Positions 12,165-25,300 of a stretch of DNA of 64,000 bases are shown here, one piece after another (position 1 is the first letter of the stretch; each line of letters starts with the position of its first letter). The position numbers and the translations under genes are program-made. Source of the stretch: Eledone cirrhosa (lineage: Eukaryota); NCBI GenBank assembly GCA_964016885.1, contig OZ024742.1:363754001-363818000 (forward strand), written 5' to 3'. The notes under the pieces were generated by a model that saw only the letters and a program-made list of their open reading frames with translations, ran no database searches and was not told the origin of the DNA.

Positions 12165-14016
12165 CTCGACACCTGGTTGATTCGTCAGAGAAGTTACAAT
12201 TGAATGGAAATTGAAAGACGGTTATATATATGTATGTATGCTTATATTATGTATTTATGTGGGTGTGTAAATGTGAGGGTATATATAAATCTGAGTGCAT
12301 ACATGTCGAACAAATGTTGACAGGTTAAAATTCATTATTCAACTATCAATACTAGACAGTTTTAGCTAAGTTAATATTAGTTGGAAGAATATAGAAGCTA
12401 TAAATTAAGGATTGGCCTCGCTATATGAAAACGGCGCAGAATTAATCCAAGAATACTTTTGTCTACAATATTATTACCAACATATATTCTAATGTCCAGT
12501 CATTGCTTCTGCTATTCCCGCTGTCAATATGGCTACACATGAGATATCCAATATCGATGAAAGAATTTCTTAGAAAATTATTGATTTTAAACAGGGCACA
12601 AAACGACAAGTTTCATATTTTATATAGCATTAGTATTATTTTTATGTCCATACATTCGTTGAATATAATCTAATGAAACAAACACTAAGACTGTAGAAGG
12701 GATGACATGAGGTAATTCTAGACAAGCTACATTTTCTCGATATTAATGATAAAGAGTTTTATTGATTTTAATCTATCCCCCAATACCACACATTTTATAA
12801 AAGATTTTTAATGCCATTTTATTTACGTTGATATATATTCACCAAATATATTGAATAGTAAAATAAATATGCTGTAATAGAAGTTAAGTTTATTTCACCG
12901 AAAATTTAAACCAGAAACTAGGAGTTGATTTTTGTGTGTTTCTGCAGTAACTCACTCTCAAACAGAAGTAGTTACCAAATATCATTGAAACCCCACTCAA
13001 CAGTAATAAGAAAGAAACATATCTTAACATTAAAGCAATAAAATAGAGTATAGAAAGAGATAGGTTGTGTTGAGAAAAGAGAGAAAGAACAACATTTTGA
13101 GGTAGATTTGTGTCTGTTCTTCGTTCTTCCACTTCTTCACTCAAACTCACTTCTCTCTGTGTTCATGCTATTTTGTTGCCTCTAAACTTCCATCGCAACT
13201 AAACCTCCGTCGTAGCAACATTCAAGCACCAATCTTCACATTCCACAATGCTTCAAGCCAACATCATTATTCATATATCGACACGGAGTTGGCTACCTGC
13301 AGGTGTGAGCCTCGTAAGCTGGAAAAGCTCTTCCAATGTGTCTCCCTCACCATTCTCCGGGTAAATACGGGGTCGTGGGGTATCCATCAATAGAGAGATA
13401 GTGGAGAGCGAGAGAGACGGAAACTGTGACTGAAACAGAGAGAGAGAGAGAATATCAACAATTATTTACTTATTTATTTATCCCTTGGATGGAAAAGATG
13501 TGGAAAGTGATCACCGTCACATTTTCCAACGTGTGAAGCTATGGATGAGGCCGCCTAAGTTGTTATATATTGGGATTCAATGCAGAGCCACGTGGTTGGG
13601 AAACAAACATCTATATCCTCTTCATCTTGCATCTGGAATATAGCACACTTTCACTCTACATATATATACACTTATTTATCGAATTAATGGAATTAAGACA
13701 TTGACATTGAAACGAGACATCATCAAACTATAAATTATTATTTGGATTATTTAGCCAATCAAATATTACATGCCATTAAGTAGCTTAATTTCTAGTCTAA
13801 TTCCATTGAATTAATCTAATTAAACTGCTTCAATGAAATCCCATTTTCACTTTCTCTTTATCACATTTCTTCTCTGTAAAAATCTATTTGTATAACATGT
13901 TAAGACAACGAGAGAGAAAGTGATGAACTTATTGAAACTAAGTGTATCTACTCATAGTTATAATTCCATTAACGTATATACGTATATGTACCTACAAAAC
14001 ACTTACATAACTTATA

Positions 14017-14061
14017 TGATATATATATATATAGATGTATACACACACAACTCTCTTTCTC

Positions 14062-14115
<54 letters not shown>

Positions 14116-14131
14116 TGTGTGTGTGTGTGTG
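14017..14131. repeat. (TA)n/(TG)n compound microsatellite
   Basis: Direct reading. Confidence 0.9.
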
Positions 14132-14621
14132 CTACTCGTACCATGTAAGCTAGATCAAACTACTTCATGGATGATTGGTCAGACTCTAGACTGACTCCCC
14201 CACAAGAACAGAATTTCCTGAGGAGGGTAATTGAATCCATAGCAGTAGAAAAAAACAAGAGAGGATGAATTACTCAGAGACAACGTCCATCCACCTCATC
14301 TATGTGTTAAATAGCATCAGCCCCCACAAATGGCCAAGTGTGCTGAATACAGCTACCTATGACTTGACTAAAACCAATCACAAAATAGTGATGATCAACC
14401 AGGGAGGTATTCCTTCAACAGGAGAGGCTATCGATTGGATTAGACACACACGAGTGTAGGATATTTGTTTTTTAATAGTGACTGTTTAATTAGAGCTTAC
14501 ACCGAACCGAATGTATTTTTAAAACCAAGCATTTATGATGTCCTCTTCGCTATATATAGCAATAATTTAGTTTATAATGGGTAGATGTAGCAAACATCGC
14601 AATAAAATGACTAGAGAAGAA

Positions 14622-14742
14622 ACAGATGCAGAGTTTTAACAATATGTCCATGTTGTTACACAGGTAGAGAGTTTTCACACAATATGTCCATATTGCTACA
14701 CATGTAGAGAGGTTTAACGCAAAATGTCCATGTGGTTACACA
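14622..14742. repeat. Three-copy diverged tandem repeat, ~41-bp unit
   Basis: GAG.TTT.AC..AA.ATGTCCAT.T.G.TACACA recurs three times. Confidence 0.75.
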
Positions 14743-16699
14743 CAAAAACCAACCTAAACCACAAGCAAGAAATACAAAGGCACCCACCTCAATAGTCGCT
14801 ACTTATTTTCAATTACATTCGATTCTAAAGAAACTATATCTCTTCACTTTATTATTGTATCGTTTCTATAAGGAGTTATGCTCAACAGAATTAATTACAT
14901 ATTAGGTCCACCCCATATAGCCGTTTGTCCTAGCTCAAGATAGGGCCTCTATATAGTTGTTTTCTCTCCTAGAAATAACAGCCAACTTTCATTTTAATCA
15001 AGCCCTAAATTGTTTAAAACTAAACAAGTGTTTATATATGTTCCTGCAAATATATTGGTGCCCCAGTATGGCCTCAGCCTGTCTGCTGGAACACGTAATA
15101 GAACAATATAATAATATGTAGGGAAAGTTGAAAGTTTTTTTTATCATGATAGGGTCCAATAACAGGGGATCATTCCCATCACCATCGCCACCAGCCAGGT
15201 CAACAGTAAAAATATCCACTTCCCCTTCACATTCCCTACACTAGCACCTACCAAATATTTCACTCTTTTGGTACGGGCCATTTATCACAGCCTTGCATCG
15301 ATCATTGATTATGAGGGTAAATGTGTAGACAGAAACTGTGTAGAAGCCTATAGAATAGACTGTGAGTGTATTACAAAAGGCCTGCCTTGTCATACACTCG
15401 TCCACGCTGAATTGTCATGAGAATTACGTTATGAGTACACGTATCTATGGAATGCCCAGCCACCTATTTGTTAATTTCGTGAGCATGCTGCTCCATTGAT
15501 TAGAAAACTAGAACACCAATCGTCGTAACTGACTGGTGTCCATTCTATTCAATTTGTAAGATTTAACTATAACTATAGATATATATATTAACCTGAATCA
15601 GAATACAGTTTGAAATTGATGTATGAAACTGCTATTCCTCATTTCTGAAACTAGCACAACCTAACTTTTCAATAATACTCACTTCTCTCACGTGATATAT
15701 TTGTAATTTTAATTATTCCCTAATCTCCTATTCGTGCCTTACAAAATCCTGTTTTTCTCTAACACGTACACCTTCAGCCACGCCCGCTGCTGTCAACTCA
15801 GCTACTCATATTTTCCTATGTAATAACTATATTTTATACAATGCTAATATGAGGTGATAAATCATGTAATAATCAGCAAGTACTCCAATCAGTCATTCTC
15901 AGTAAGGCTTTAAAAATCTACAAAAAATAGCACATTTAGAAAGTTGGTTTCTAGAAATGATTTATTTTAACATAACAAATAATCCTTTCGGTGATTTAAT
16001 GTTCAAAGCATGAATAAAAAATTCACCGGAATTCTATAAACGTGATTCATTCAGAAATAATTAAAAACATAATTAGTCTTGGGGGAATTTAAGAAGGGAA
16101 GTGGATGTAATCCCATTAGTAACTCTTTTTCCCTATGAAAGAAAACACGTTTTGTTGCAAACAGCTTTTAGGCAATCCTTCATTTCAGGGACTTGATCTC
16201 AATTAAAATACGACAACTGCAAAATTGTTAACACAACACAAGTTAAATTTGTATCCAAATTTAAGTGGTATTCGAGGAAATCTGTCAAATATATAAGACC
16301 ATTATTTAAATTTATTTCCCTCGAAATAATTCCACAGAACAGCTCTCAAACGAGGGGTAATTGTATTCATTTTTGTTTTAATTAAATCGAAATCCAAGGA
16401 GGTAAGGAAGTAGAAAGGAAGAAAAAATATGCGTTTTACGTAATTATTGGAAAACACTGCTATAAGATTATAGTTAAAATAAATGCTTATGTAATCAGAT
16501 GTAAGAATCAAGTGTTTTATATATACTTAATTATACTTATACCATCGATATAGCCACTTAATTATTATATTTACTTGTTATTTTATCCGCCCTGTAAGTC
16601 CCCTTCAAGTTCTTGAAATCAATGTTAATGATGCCTGTCATAACAGAGAATTGACAGGGGCGTTAGAACCTGGGACAAAAGGGTTTACCGTATTTGTAT

Positions 16700-16790
16700 T
16701 TGTTCAGGCGTTCTATGTTCTCAAACGAACACTGAGGTCAACTCTGCATTTCATCATTTCCGTGTTGATAAAATTAATTTCAGTGCGGTA
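16700..16790 (+). mobile_element. Highly decayed SINE fragment
   Basis: GAGGTCAACTCTGCATTTCATCATTTCCGTGTTGATAAAAT resembles the SINE body at 5530-5570. Confidence 0.5.
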
Positions 16791-17396
16791 GAGATTGTAA
16801 GAAGTTCAGATAATTTGAAGCATTTCTTCAACATTTTGTCGTTAGTGTCACTCTTTCTTATTTGTGTTCCAGTTACACATTGAAATGACAGAATCCATGT
16901 AAGACATGTTTCTTTCATTGTGTTTGGCTTAAAAGACATGCTGTTAAAACTTTTACTTAATTTAACCAGACACTAACATTATTATTAATACAAATGTAAA
17001 TTAAAACGCAGGATAGAGAAATTATGTATCTCGACGCCATTTACCAGACATGTTTAACTTGTTTTAATTAAATAGTTATATTTACCTTTACTAAACAAAT
17101 GTTCTTTATGTAAGTGTTCGTAATGTTTGTTTTTGACAGTAGTTTTCATTTTTGTCTTCTGATCGTTTTATCCGCTACAACAATGTACAAAACTTCGCGG
17201 ACTATTTCAATTAGTATACTAAAAGGGTAATCAATTACTTTTTTGTTCGTTTTAGGCGAATTACTTGCATGAGGCTAACCTACTGGGGAAGGTGTAGGGG
17301 GATTAGAAGGTACAGAACAGGAATGGATACAACAAAGCATTATGTCCAACGTTTAAAACATTTTCGCTAATCAACTGAACATGAATAGACATTGTA

Positions 17397-17475
17397 TTAT
17401 ATCAACTCCAACAGAATGAGTGGGTGACTTTGGCAGGATTTGAACTCAGAGTTTAGGGGGCCGGAATAAATACCG
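17397..17475 (-). mobile_element. Decayed SINE fragment, minus strand
   Basis: GGCAGGATTTGAACTCAGA is the reverse complement of TCTGAGTTCAAATCCTGCC, the B-box region of the same SINE. Confidence 0.55.
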
Positions 17476-19881
17476 AGAAATTCAATCCTATACTATCGAC
17501 TGCGCTAGATCACCAGGTCACCAGCTCACCATTACACGACACATATTACTTATGTTGGAAAACATGATTGTACACTGTGCATGAGAGTTCACAGAGAGTT
17601 TTTAAAAAGTCTTTGTCTTTAAAGTATGAATTCCCATATAAAATGTATGCTAAATTTTCATCCGGTGTGGTTTTACTGTTACGTTTTTCAATTGCTCTAT
17701 GTAGTTTGAAGTGTATATTTATAGCGGTATTTATCGATTATTGGAGAGCTGAATCAAATTATTTTATAAGCAATTTGTTAAAAACAAGAAGTTGTATGCT
17801 AAATTTTCAAAGCATGTCTGTTGATAAATCAGACATCTAATAAACCGAAACAAACGCTTTTGAAAATACCCATCAATGTTTCTAAATTCATACGTACATT
17901 TTCTATACATATAAAACGAAATATAAATAACATAAAGTCAAGACAACACAAAATCACACATTCAAACCTTAGACGATAAATGTTTTAAATGAAGGCATAT
18001 TAAGCTAATTGTAAGTTTTCATACATAACATCATTAATGCTTCTATTACAACAGCTGGTTATTAACACCATAGATTGTATTCGTAATTGTAATAGTATTC
18101 CATAAATCTAATCATTGCCCTTGCAGCTGCCATTTTAAACGAGCTCAAGTTATTGCAGTTCTCATAATAACTTACCGTCTTTAGTTTTTTGCCGCCAATT
18201 AATTGGTATTACCAACATTTATCCAGTTATAAGAAGCCTAAATTTCAATAAGAAAACTTTAAATTTAGAAAACTTCAATAACATATGCCGTTGTATTTAA
18301 TTAAAAATACACACACACATCTAATACTTAATTATTAAATACATTTGTACCCTCATGAAAATGTTTTAATATTTAAATAGCAAGGTGGTAGAGCGGTTAA
18401 ATCACGAAACAAATTATTGGAAGCCATCTTTGATGTAATCTTTGACGTGTGTTATTCCGGGTCATGTAACATATTTTGCCAAACAAGATTTTAGGGCAAG
18501 TTGACGATAGGCTAAAGCTGATGGAGAGGGCAACCGATAAAACACCAAAATATTTAACTTGTAGTGAGATCCGAAACCTTTGATTGAGGGCTGTTTCTTA
18601 TCTGAAGATATTCTGCTGTCCAGTTCTCCTGAGAGTTTCTTACCACAGCTCTTCATGTTCTGAATTTAAATACTTGAAGAATATATGCATAAATAAAGCA
18701 TTTTTATGTTAGTGAAATAAGGATTTCTAATGACATAAAATATTGGCGAAGATTTTAAATAAACTTTTGTACTTGATTAGTACCTTATTTTGTCAAGTTG
18801 GAATGATTAAATGAATGTCAATCTTGGGAGAGGTGTTTAATATTCGGGAAATATTAGTTTCTTACGTCATATAACGACGTGGACATGTTTATACTGATCG
18901 CCGACGAGATCCGAGGAGTAATGAAACTAACAATACTATCACCCTCTCCACACAACAAATAAATTGTAAATGAAATTAAAGTTATAAGAATTGGACTAAG
19001 TTTGATGAGACATTTCAATTTTATGAATGAAAAATGATATAATTCAGCGTGGAAACTCTTCATCGCCAAAATCAAATGTTCTGGGACATGTTGAAATGTA
19101 TGATAATTGAAACAAAAAATTGCCTTTTACTCCCTAGCTGATAATTCATTAGACATACGTGAATACTTTTCTATATAGGAGACCGTTAGAGACTCTCCGT
19201 TCTAATTTACTATACCACCAAGATACCATTTGCCTTTCCTCATTTCGTGGCCAAAAAACATATAGCAGCCCAGATCTGGGACATTCCTTTCCTGTTCCAG
19301 TAGTCTCCTCATCCTGGGTGTTCCACTGATTTAAAGAAAGGTGGGCCAATAACGTTTTAGTGCCTGTTCACTAATCACATGGGCTCCTAAACCCTTTAAC
19401 CAAACCATGGTACATACTAACACTTCACACACAGTTTCGAGTGAGGAATGTACGTTTTGATAGTTATTCCATGTACATTCTACTCTCTAATCCTAAACAA
19501 AACTACAACAATACATTAAAAAAACGACAATTAGTGAGAAAATAACACTGATATAAAATGAACTTTATTTCCCATCAGAATAAATAGATATTTTAGGAAT
19601 ATACATTCTTAAAACCAAAGATATATCAGATACAAAATACATTGCTTAATACACGAAGGGAAAGACATTTGACGAAGATAAAGCAAACATTGAGAAACAT
19701 TAAAAATGTGACGCACGAAAGTAGACTAAATACATGAGTATTGAACAATGTCAAAAATAAAGCTCAGCCAATCAGAACACTAGAACACCTATATATAACT
19801 GAGCAACAAATATCGAATATAACCAGCAAAAAACGAAAATATGAATAAACCAGAACACAAAAAGCAAAATACTATAAAGAC

Positions 19882-19882
<1 letters not shown>

Positions 19883-19949
<67 letters not shown>

Positions 19950-20034
19950 TATATATAATGGTCGTATATATATATAATGGTCGTATTTATATATATATAT
20001 ATATAACAAGTATAAAGACTATACACACAGACAC

Positions 20035-20079
<45 letters not shown>

Positions 20080-20100
20080 GGTCGTATGTGTATATATATA
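19883..20100. repeat. (CA)n(TA)n microsatellites with repeated TATAATGGTCGTAT motif
   Basis: Motif occurs at ~19954, ~19973 and ~20073 within TA runs. Confidence 0.85.
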
Positions 20101-20422
20101 AGATTACATTATTGTAATGACGGGCATTATGATCAAAAGGTAGAAAGAGTTAAAGAAATAAAATCGTTAGATGTGTAAATGAAGGGGAAAGTACATAGCG
20201 AGGATAAAAACTTCCTAAACGATCAAATAGCAACAGCAATGAAATACGCCAGTCGGAGATTTAATGTAAACAGACAGGAACATCAATATCACCAGATTAA
20301 ACGGAATAAAGTTTGCAGCAGCCATATTAGTTATAAAGGAAGGTATTCTATCAAATGAGAAAATATATACTATTAGTATATATATACTATTAGTATTACT
20401 AAAATCAAAGCAAACAATGCTG

Positions 20423-20426
<4 letters not shown>

Positions 20427-20473
<47 letters not shown>

Positions 20474-20536
20474 AAGAAACGTGAGAATAAATACCATATA
20501 TATACATACATATACATACATATACATTTATATGAT

Positions 20537-20585
<49 letters not shown>
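20427..20585. repeat. (CA)n/(TA)n microsatellites
   Basis: Direct reading. Confidence 0.9.
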
Positions 20586-20587
<2 letters not shown>

Positions 20588-20761
20588 TAGTCCTTTAAGA
20601 ATGAAATCAACGAAGGTAATATATATAGACATGAACAAAACAAAGATAGATAATGGAGATTTCTGACAACAAAACAAGGAGTAGCCGAGATTGATGGAGG
20701 AAGGGTATTTAACAACTGGATAATATATAGTATTGATAGTAGTGGAGGTGGGGTGCAGGAG

Positions 20762-21000
20762 AGGGGGGGGGGGGAGAAGAAGAAGAAGAAAAAGAAGAAG
20801 AAGAAGAAGAAGAAGAAGAAGAAGAAGAAGAAGAAGAAGAAGAAGAAGAAGAAGAAAATGAAGATGAAAAAGAAGAAGAAAAAGAAAAAGTAGAAGAAGA
20901 AGAAGAAGAAAAAGAAAAAGAAGAAGAAGAAGAAGAAGGAGAAGAAGAAGAAGAAGAAGAAGAAGAAGAAGAAGAAGAAGAAGAAGAAGAAGAAGAAGAC
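20762..21000. repeat. Poly-G run followed by (GAA)n trinucleotide tract
   Basis: Direct reading; source of the poly-F and poly-S ORFs. Confidence 0.95.
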
Positions 21001-21129
21001 GTTAACGACAACAACAAAAAATAAAAAGGGAACAAAATGAAAACATGGAAGAAACGCCATTACTAACAGTTGCTAGAACAATTGATAGAGTTGGTTGCTG
21101 TTAGTGAGCTTACGGGAACATCTGTCATT

Positions 21130-21380
21130 TACCAGTAATGTACTGGTTTAATGGCTGGCCTTGTGCCTAAAGTAGAAACAATTATGATAAGGGCGGTGAA
21201 TTGGCAGTATCGGTAGAGGGTCGGACATGTTTCCCAGCATAGTTACGACCCTTTACGATCTGAGTTCAAATCCGGCCAAGGTTGACTTTACCTTTCATCC
21301 TTACGGGGTCGATAAAATAAAGTACCAGTAATGTACTGGATTATTGCTGGCCTTGTGCCTAAAGTAGAAACAATTATGAT
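21130..21380 (+). mobile_element. tRNA-derived SINE (21191-21380) preceded by a duplicate of its own 3' end (21130-21188)
   Basis: GGCGGTGAATTGGCAGTATCGG...GAGTTCAAATCC (21262-21273)...GTACCAGTAATGTACTGG...GCTGGCCTTGTGCCTAAAGTAGAAACAATTATGAT; the terminal ~59 bp also occurs just upstream. Confidence 0.82.
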
Positions 21381-21439
21381 ATTGAACATAGGTGAATGGT
21401 AATGACGGTGATAGTGTCATAACTATAATACATGGCATT

Positions 21440-21810
21440 CGGAGAGAGGGGGATTTAGGAGAGTGAGGAAGAGTGAGGGAGAGTGGAGGGGGAGTGATGG
21501 GCAGTGAGGAGGAATAAGGGAAGTGAGGGGGAGTGAGGGGGTAGTGATGGGGTGAGGTGGATTGATGGGCTGAGGGAGAGTGAGGGGGTGAGGTGGAGTG
21601 ATGGTGACGTGAGGTGGAGTGAAGGAGAGTGAAGGGGTAGTGAGAGTTGGTTGAGGGGGGCATGAAGAGGAGTGAGGGGGAGTGAGGGTGTGTGGGAGCA
21701 GTGAGCTAGATTGAGGGGGATTGAGGGAGTGAGGGAGTGAGGGAGTGAGGGGTGAGGGGGAGTGAGCGTGGTAAGGGAGTGAGCGGTGAGTGAGAGGGAG
21801 TGAGAGACTG
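21440..21810 (+). repeat. G-rich low-complexity tract built on GAGTGAGGG-like units
   Basis: Strongly purine/G-skewed, with many G3-G7 runs. Confidence 0.85.
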
Positions 21811-22317
21811 AAAGTAAGTACAGGGCCGAGGGGATTTTCACAGTGACACAAGGACATGAAATCTATGTCAAAGAGAAAATTGGTTTTAATCAAACGTCAA
21901 TTGCTGCAAAACGACGAAGTGAACAATCGCTATTGATACAAAACATGAGCTTCGATTTACAAACAATAGAACTTTCTACTCTACCGGTTCTTATGAAACG
22001 AACGTGCTTTCTCCCAATGTTTTTACCATTCTTTCTCCTCTTACCATCTACCTTTCTTTATTATCTTTTATTTTTTATTCTATCTTCTGGTGAAAATCTG
22101 GTCTCTGAAATGTTATGACCGTTTCCTATAATATAAACGATCAAACTAACATAGTTCTCCACTGTACTGTGTTGTGTGTTTTGTTTTAAGCTACGTCCAA
22201 GTTAACAAATCTTTTTTATACTTCCTCTCTCCCTCATACCCAATTTCACTCCTTTCATTTCTAAGCCTTTACTTCTTTGTATTCTCTCCTTAAAATATCT
22301 CAATATCGAATATACTA

Positions 22318-25300
22318 GCTGCTAAAGTGGTTACAATGTCAGATGGAACTATCATAGCTGCTAAGTTGGTTAGAATGTCAGATGGAACTATCCTTGCTGC
22401 TAAGTTGGTTACAATGTCAGATGGAACTATCCTTCTTGCTAAATTGGTTAGAATGTCAGATGGAACTATCCTAGCTGCTAAGTTGGTTAGAATGTCAGAT
22501 GGAACTATCCTTGCTGATAAGTTGGGTAGAATGTCAGATGGAACTATCCTTGCTGCTAAGTTGGTTAGAATGTCAGATGGAACTATCCTTGGTGCTAAGT
22601 TGGTTAGAATGTCAGATGGAACTATCCTTGCTGCTAAATTGGTTAGAATGTCAGATGGAACTACCCTTGCTGCTAAGTTGGTTAGAATGTCAGATGGAAC
22701 TATCCAGGCTGCTAAGTTGGTTAGAATGTCAGATGGAACTATCCTAGCTGCTAAGTTGGTTAGAATGTCAGATGGAACTATCCAAGCTGCTAAGTTGGTT
22801 AGAATGTCACATGGAACTATCCTTGCTGCTAAGTTGGTTAGAATGTCAGATGGAACTATCCTAGCTGCTAAGTTGGTTAGAATGTCAGATGGAACTATCC
22901 AAGCTGCTAAGTTGGTTAGAATGTCAGATGGAACTATCCAAGCTGCTAAGTTGGTTAGAATGTCAGATGGAACTATCCAAGCTGCTAAGTTGGTTAGAAT
23001 GTCAGATGGAACTATCCAAGCTGCTAAGTTGGTTAGAATGTCAGATGGAACTATCCAAGCTGCTAAGTTGGTTAGAATGTCAGATGGAACTATCCAAGCT
23101 GCTAAGTTGGTTAGAATGTCAGATGGAACTATCCAAGCTGCTAAGTTGGTTAGAATGTCAGATGGAACTATCCTAGCTGCTAAGTTGGTTAGAATGTCAG
23201 ATGGAACTATCCAAGCTGCTAAGTTGGTTAGAATGTCAGATGGAACTATCCAAGCTGCTAAGTTGGTTAGAATGTCAGATGGAACTATCCTTGCTGCTAA
23301 GTTGGTTAGAATGTCAGATGGAACTATCCTAGCTGCTAAGTTGGTTAGAATGTCAGATGGAACTATCCAAGCTGCTAAGTTGGTTAGAATGTCAGATGGA
23401 ACTATCCAAGCTGCTAAGTTGGTTAGAATGTCAGATGGAACTATCCTTGCTGCTACGTTGGTTAGAATGTCAGATGGAACTATCCAAGCTGCTAAGTTGG
23501 TTAGAATGTCAGATGGAACTATCCTAGCTGCTAAGTTGGTTAGAATGTCAGATGGAACTATCCAAGCTGCTAAGTTGGTTAGAATGTCAGATGGAACTAT
23601 CCTAGCTGCTAAGTTGGTTAGAATGTCAGATGGAACTATCCAAGCTGCTAAGTTGGTTAGAATGTCAGATGGAACTATCCAAGCTGCTAAGTTGGTTAGA
23701 ATGTCAGATGGAACTATCCTAGCTGCTAAGTTGGTTAGAATGTCAGATGGAACTATCCTTGGTGCTAAGTTGGTTAGAATGTCAGATGGAACTATCCTAG
23801 CTGCTAAGTTGGTTAGAATGTCAGATGGAACTATCCTTGGTGCTAAGTTGGTTAGAATGTCAGATGGAACTATCCTTCCTGCTAAGTTGGTTAGAATGTC
23901 AGATGGAACTATCCTTGGTGCTAAGTTGGTTAGAATGTCAGATGGAACTATCCAAGCTGCTAAGTTGGTTAGAATGTCAGATGGAACTATCCAAGCTGCT
24001 AAGTTGGTTAGAATGTCAGATGGAACTATCCTAGCTGCTAAGTTGGTTAGAATGTCAGATGGAACTATCCTTGCTTCTGAGTTGGTTAGAATGTCAGATG
24101 GAACAATCCTAGCTGCTAAGTTGGTTAGAATGTCAGATGGAACTATCCAAGCTGCTAAGTTGGTTAGAATGTTAGATGGAACTATCCTTGCTGCTAAGTT
24201 GGTTAGAATGTCAGATGGAACTATCCTAGCTGCTAAGTTGGTTAGAATGTCAGATGGAACTATCCTTGCTGCTAAGTTGGTTAGGATGTCAGATGGAACT
24301 ATCCTAGCTGCTAAGTTGGTTAGAATGTCAGATGGAACTATCCTTGCTGCTAAGTTGGTTAGAATGTCAGATGGAACTATCCTTCCTGCTAAGTTGGTTA
24401 GAATGTCAGATGGAACTATCCTTGCTGCTAAGTTGGTTAAAATGTCAGATGGAACTATCCTTGCTGCTAAGTTGGTTAGAATGTCAGATGGAACTATCCT
24501 TGCTGCTAAGTTGGTTAGAATGTCAGATGGAACTATCCTTCTTGCTAAGTTGGTTAGAATGTCAGATGGAACTATCCTTGGTGCTAAGTTGGTTAGAATG
24601 TCAGATGGAACTATCCTTCCTGCTAAGTTGGTTAGAATGTCACATGGAACTATCCAAGCTGCTAAGTTGGTTAGAATGTCAGATGGAACTATCCTTGCTG
24701 CTAAGTTGGTTAGAATGTCACATGGAAATATCCAAGCTGCTAAGTTGGTTAGAATGTCAGATGGAACTATCCTTGCTGCTAAGTTGGTTAGAATGTCAGA
24801 TGGAACTATCCTTCCTGCTAAGTTGGTTAGAATGTCAGATGGAACTATCCTTCCTGCTAAGTTGGTTAGAATGTCAGATGGAACTATCCAAGCTGCTAAG
24901 TTGGTTACAATGTCAGATGGAACTATCCAAGCTGCTAAGTTGGTTACAATGTCAGATGGAACTATCCAAGCTGCTAAGTTGGTTAGAATGTCAGATGGAA
25001 CTATCCTTGGTGCTAAGTTGGTTAGAATGTCAGATGGAACTATCCTTCCTGCTAAGTTGGTTAGAATGTCAGATGGAACTATCCTTGCTGCTAAGTTGGT
25101 TAGAATGTCAGATGGAACTGTCCTTCCTGCTAAGTTGGTTAGAATGTCAGATGGAACTATCCTTCCTGCTAAGTTGGTTAGAATGTCAGATGGAACTATC
25201 CAAGCTGCTAAGTTGGTTAGAATGTCAGATGGAACTATCCTTGCTGCTAAGTTGGTTAGAATGTCAGATGGAACTATCCTTCCTGCTAAGTTGGTTAGAA

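Noticed and set aside
19040-19335. Possible minus-strand exons with SET-like peptides (DLGCYMFF; TFDFGDEEFP)
   Set aside because: The matches are only a few residues and the conserved RxxNHS motif is not seen; needs TBLASTN or RNA-seq support.
12200-19400. Short 60-90 aa ORFs as host genes
   Set aside because: No recognisable domains; lengths are as expected by chance. Small exons cannot be excluded by eye.
20587-21893. Poly-F, poly-S and H/P/S-rich ORFs (likewise RE- and YI-repeat ORFs elsewhere)
   Set aside because: Translations of microsatellite or low-complexity DNA.
22060-22290. Poly(A) signal (AATAAA on the minus strand near 22070) supporting a satellite-encoded gene
   Set aside because: The hexamer is common in AT-rich DNA and is not evidence without transcripts.
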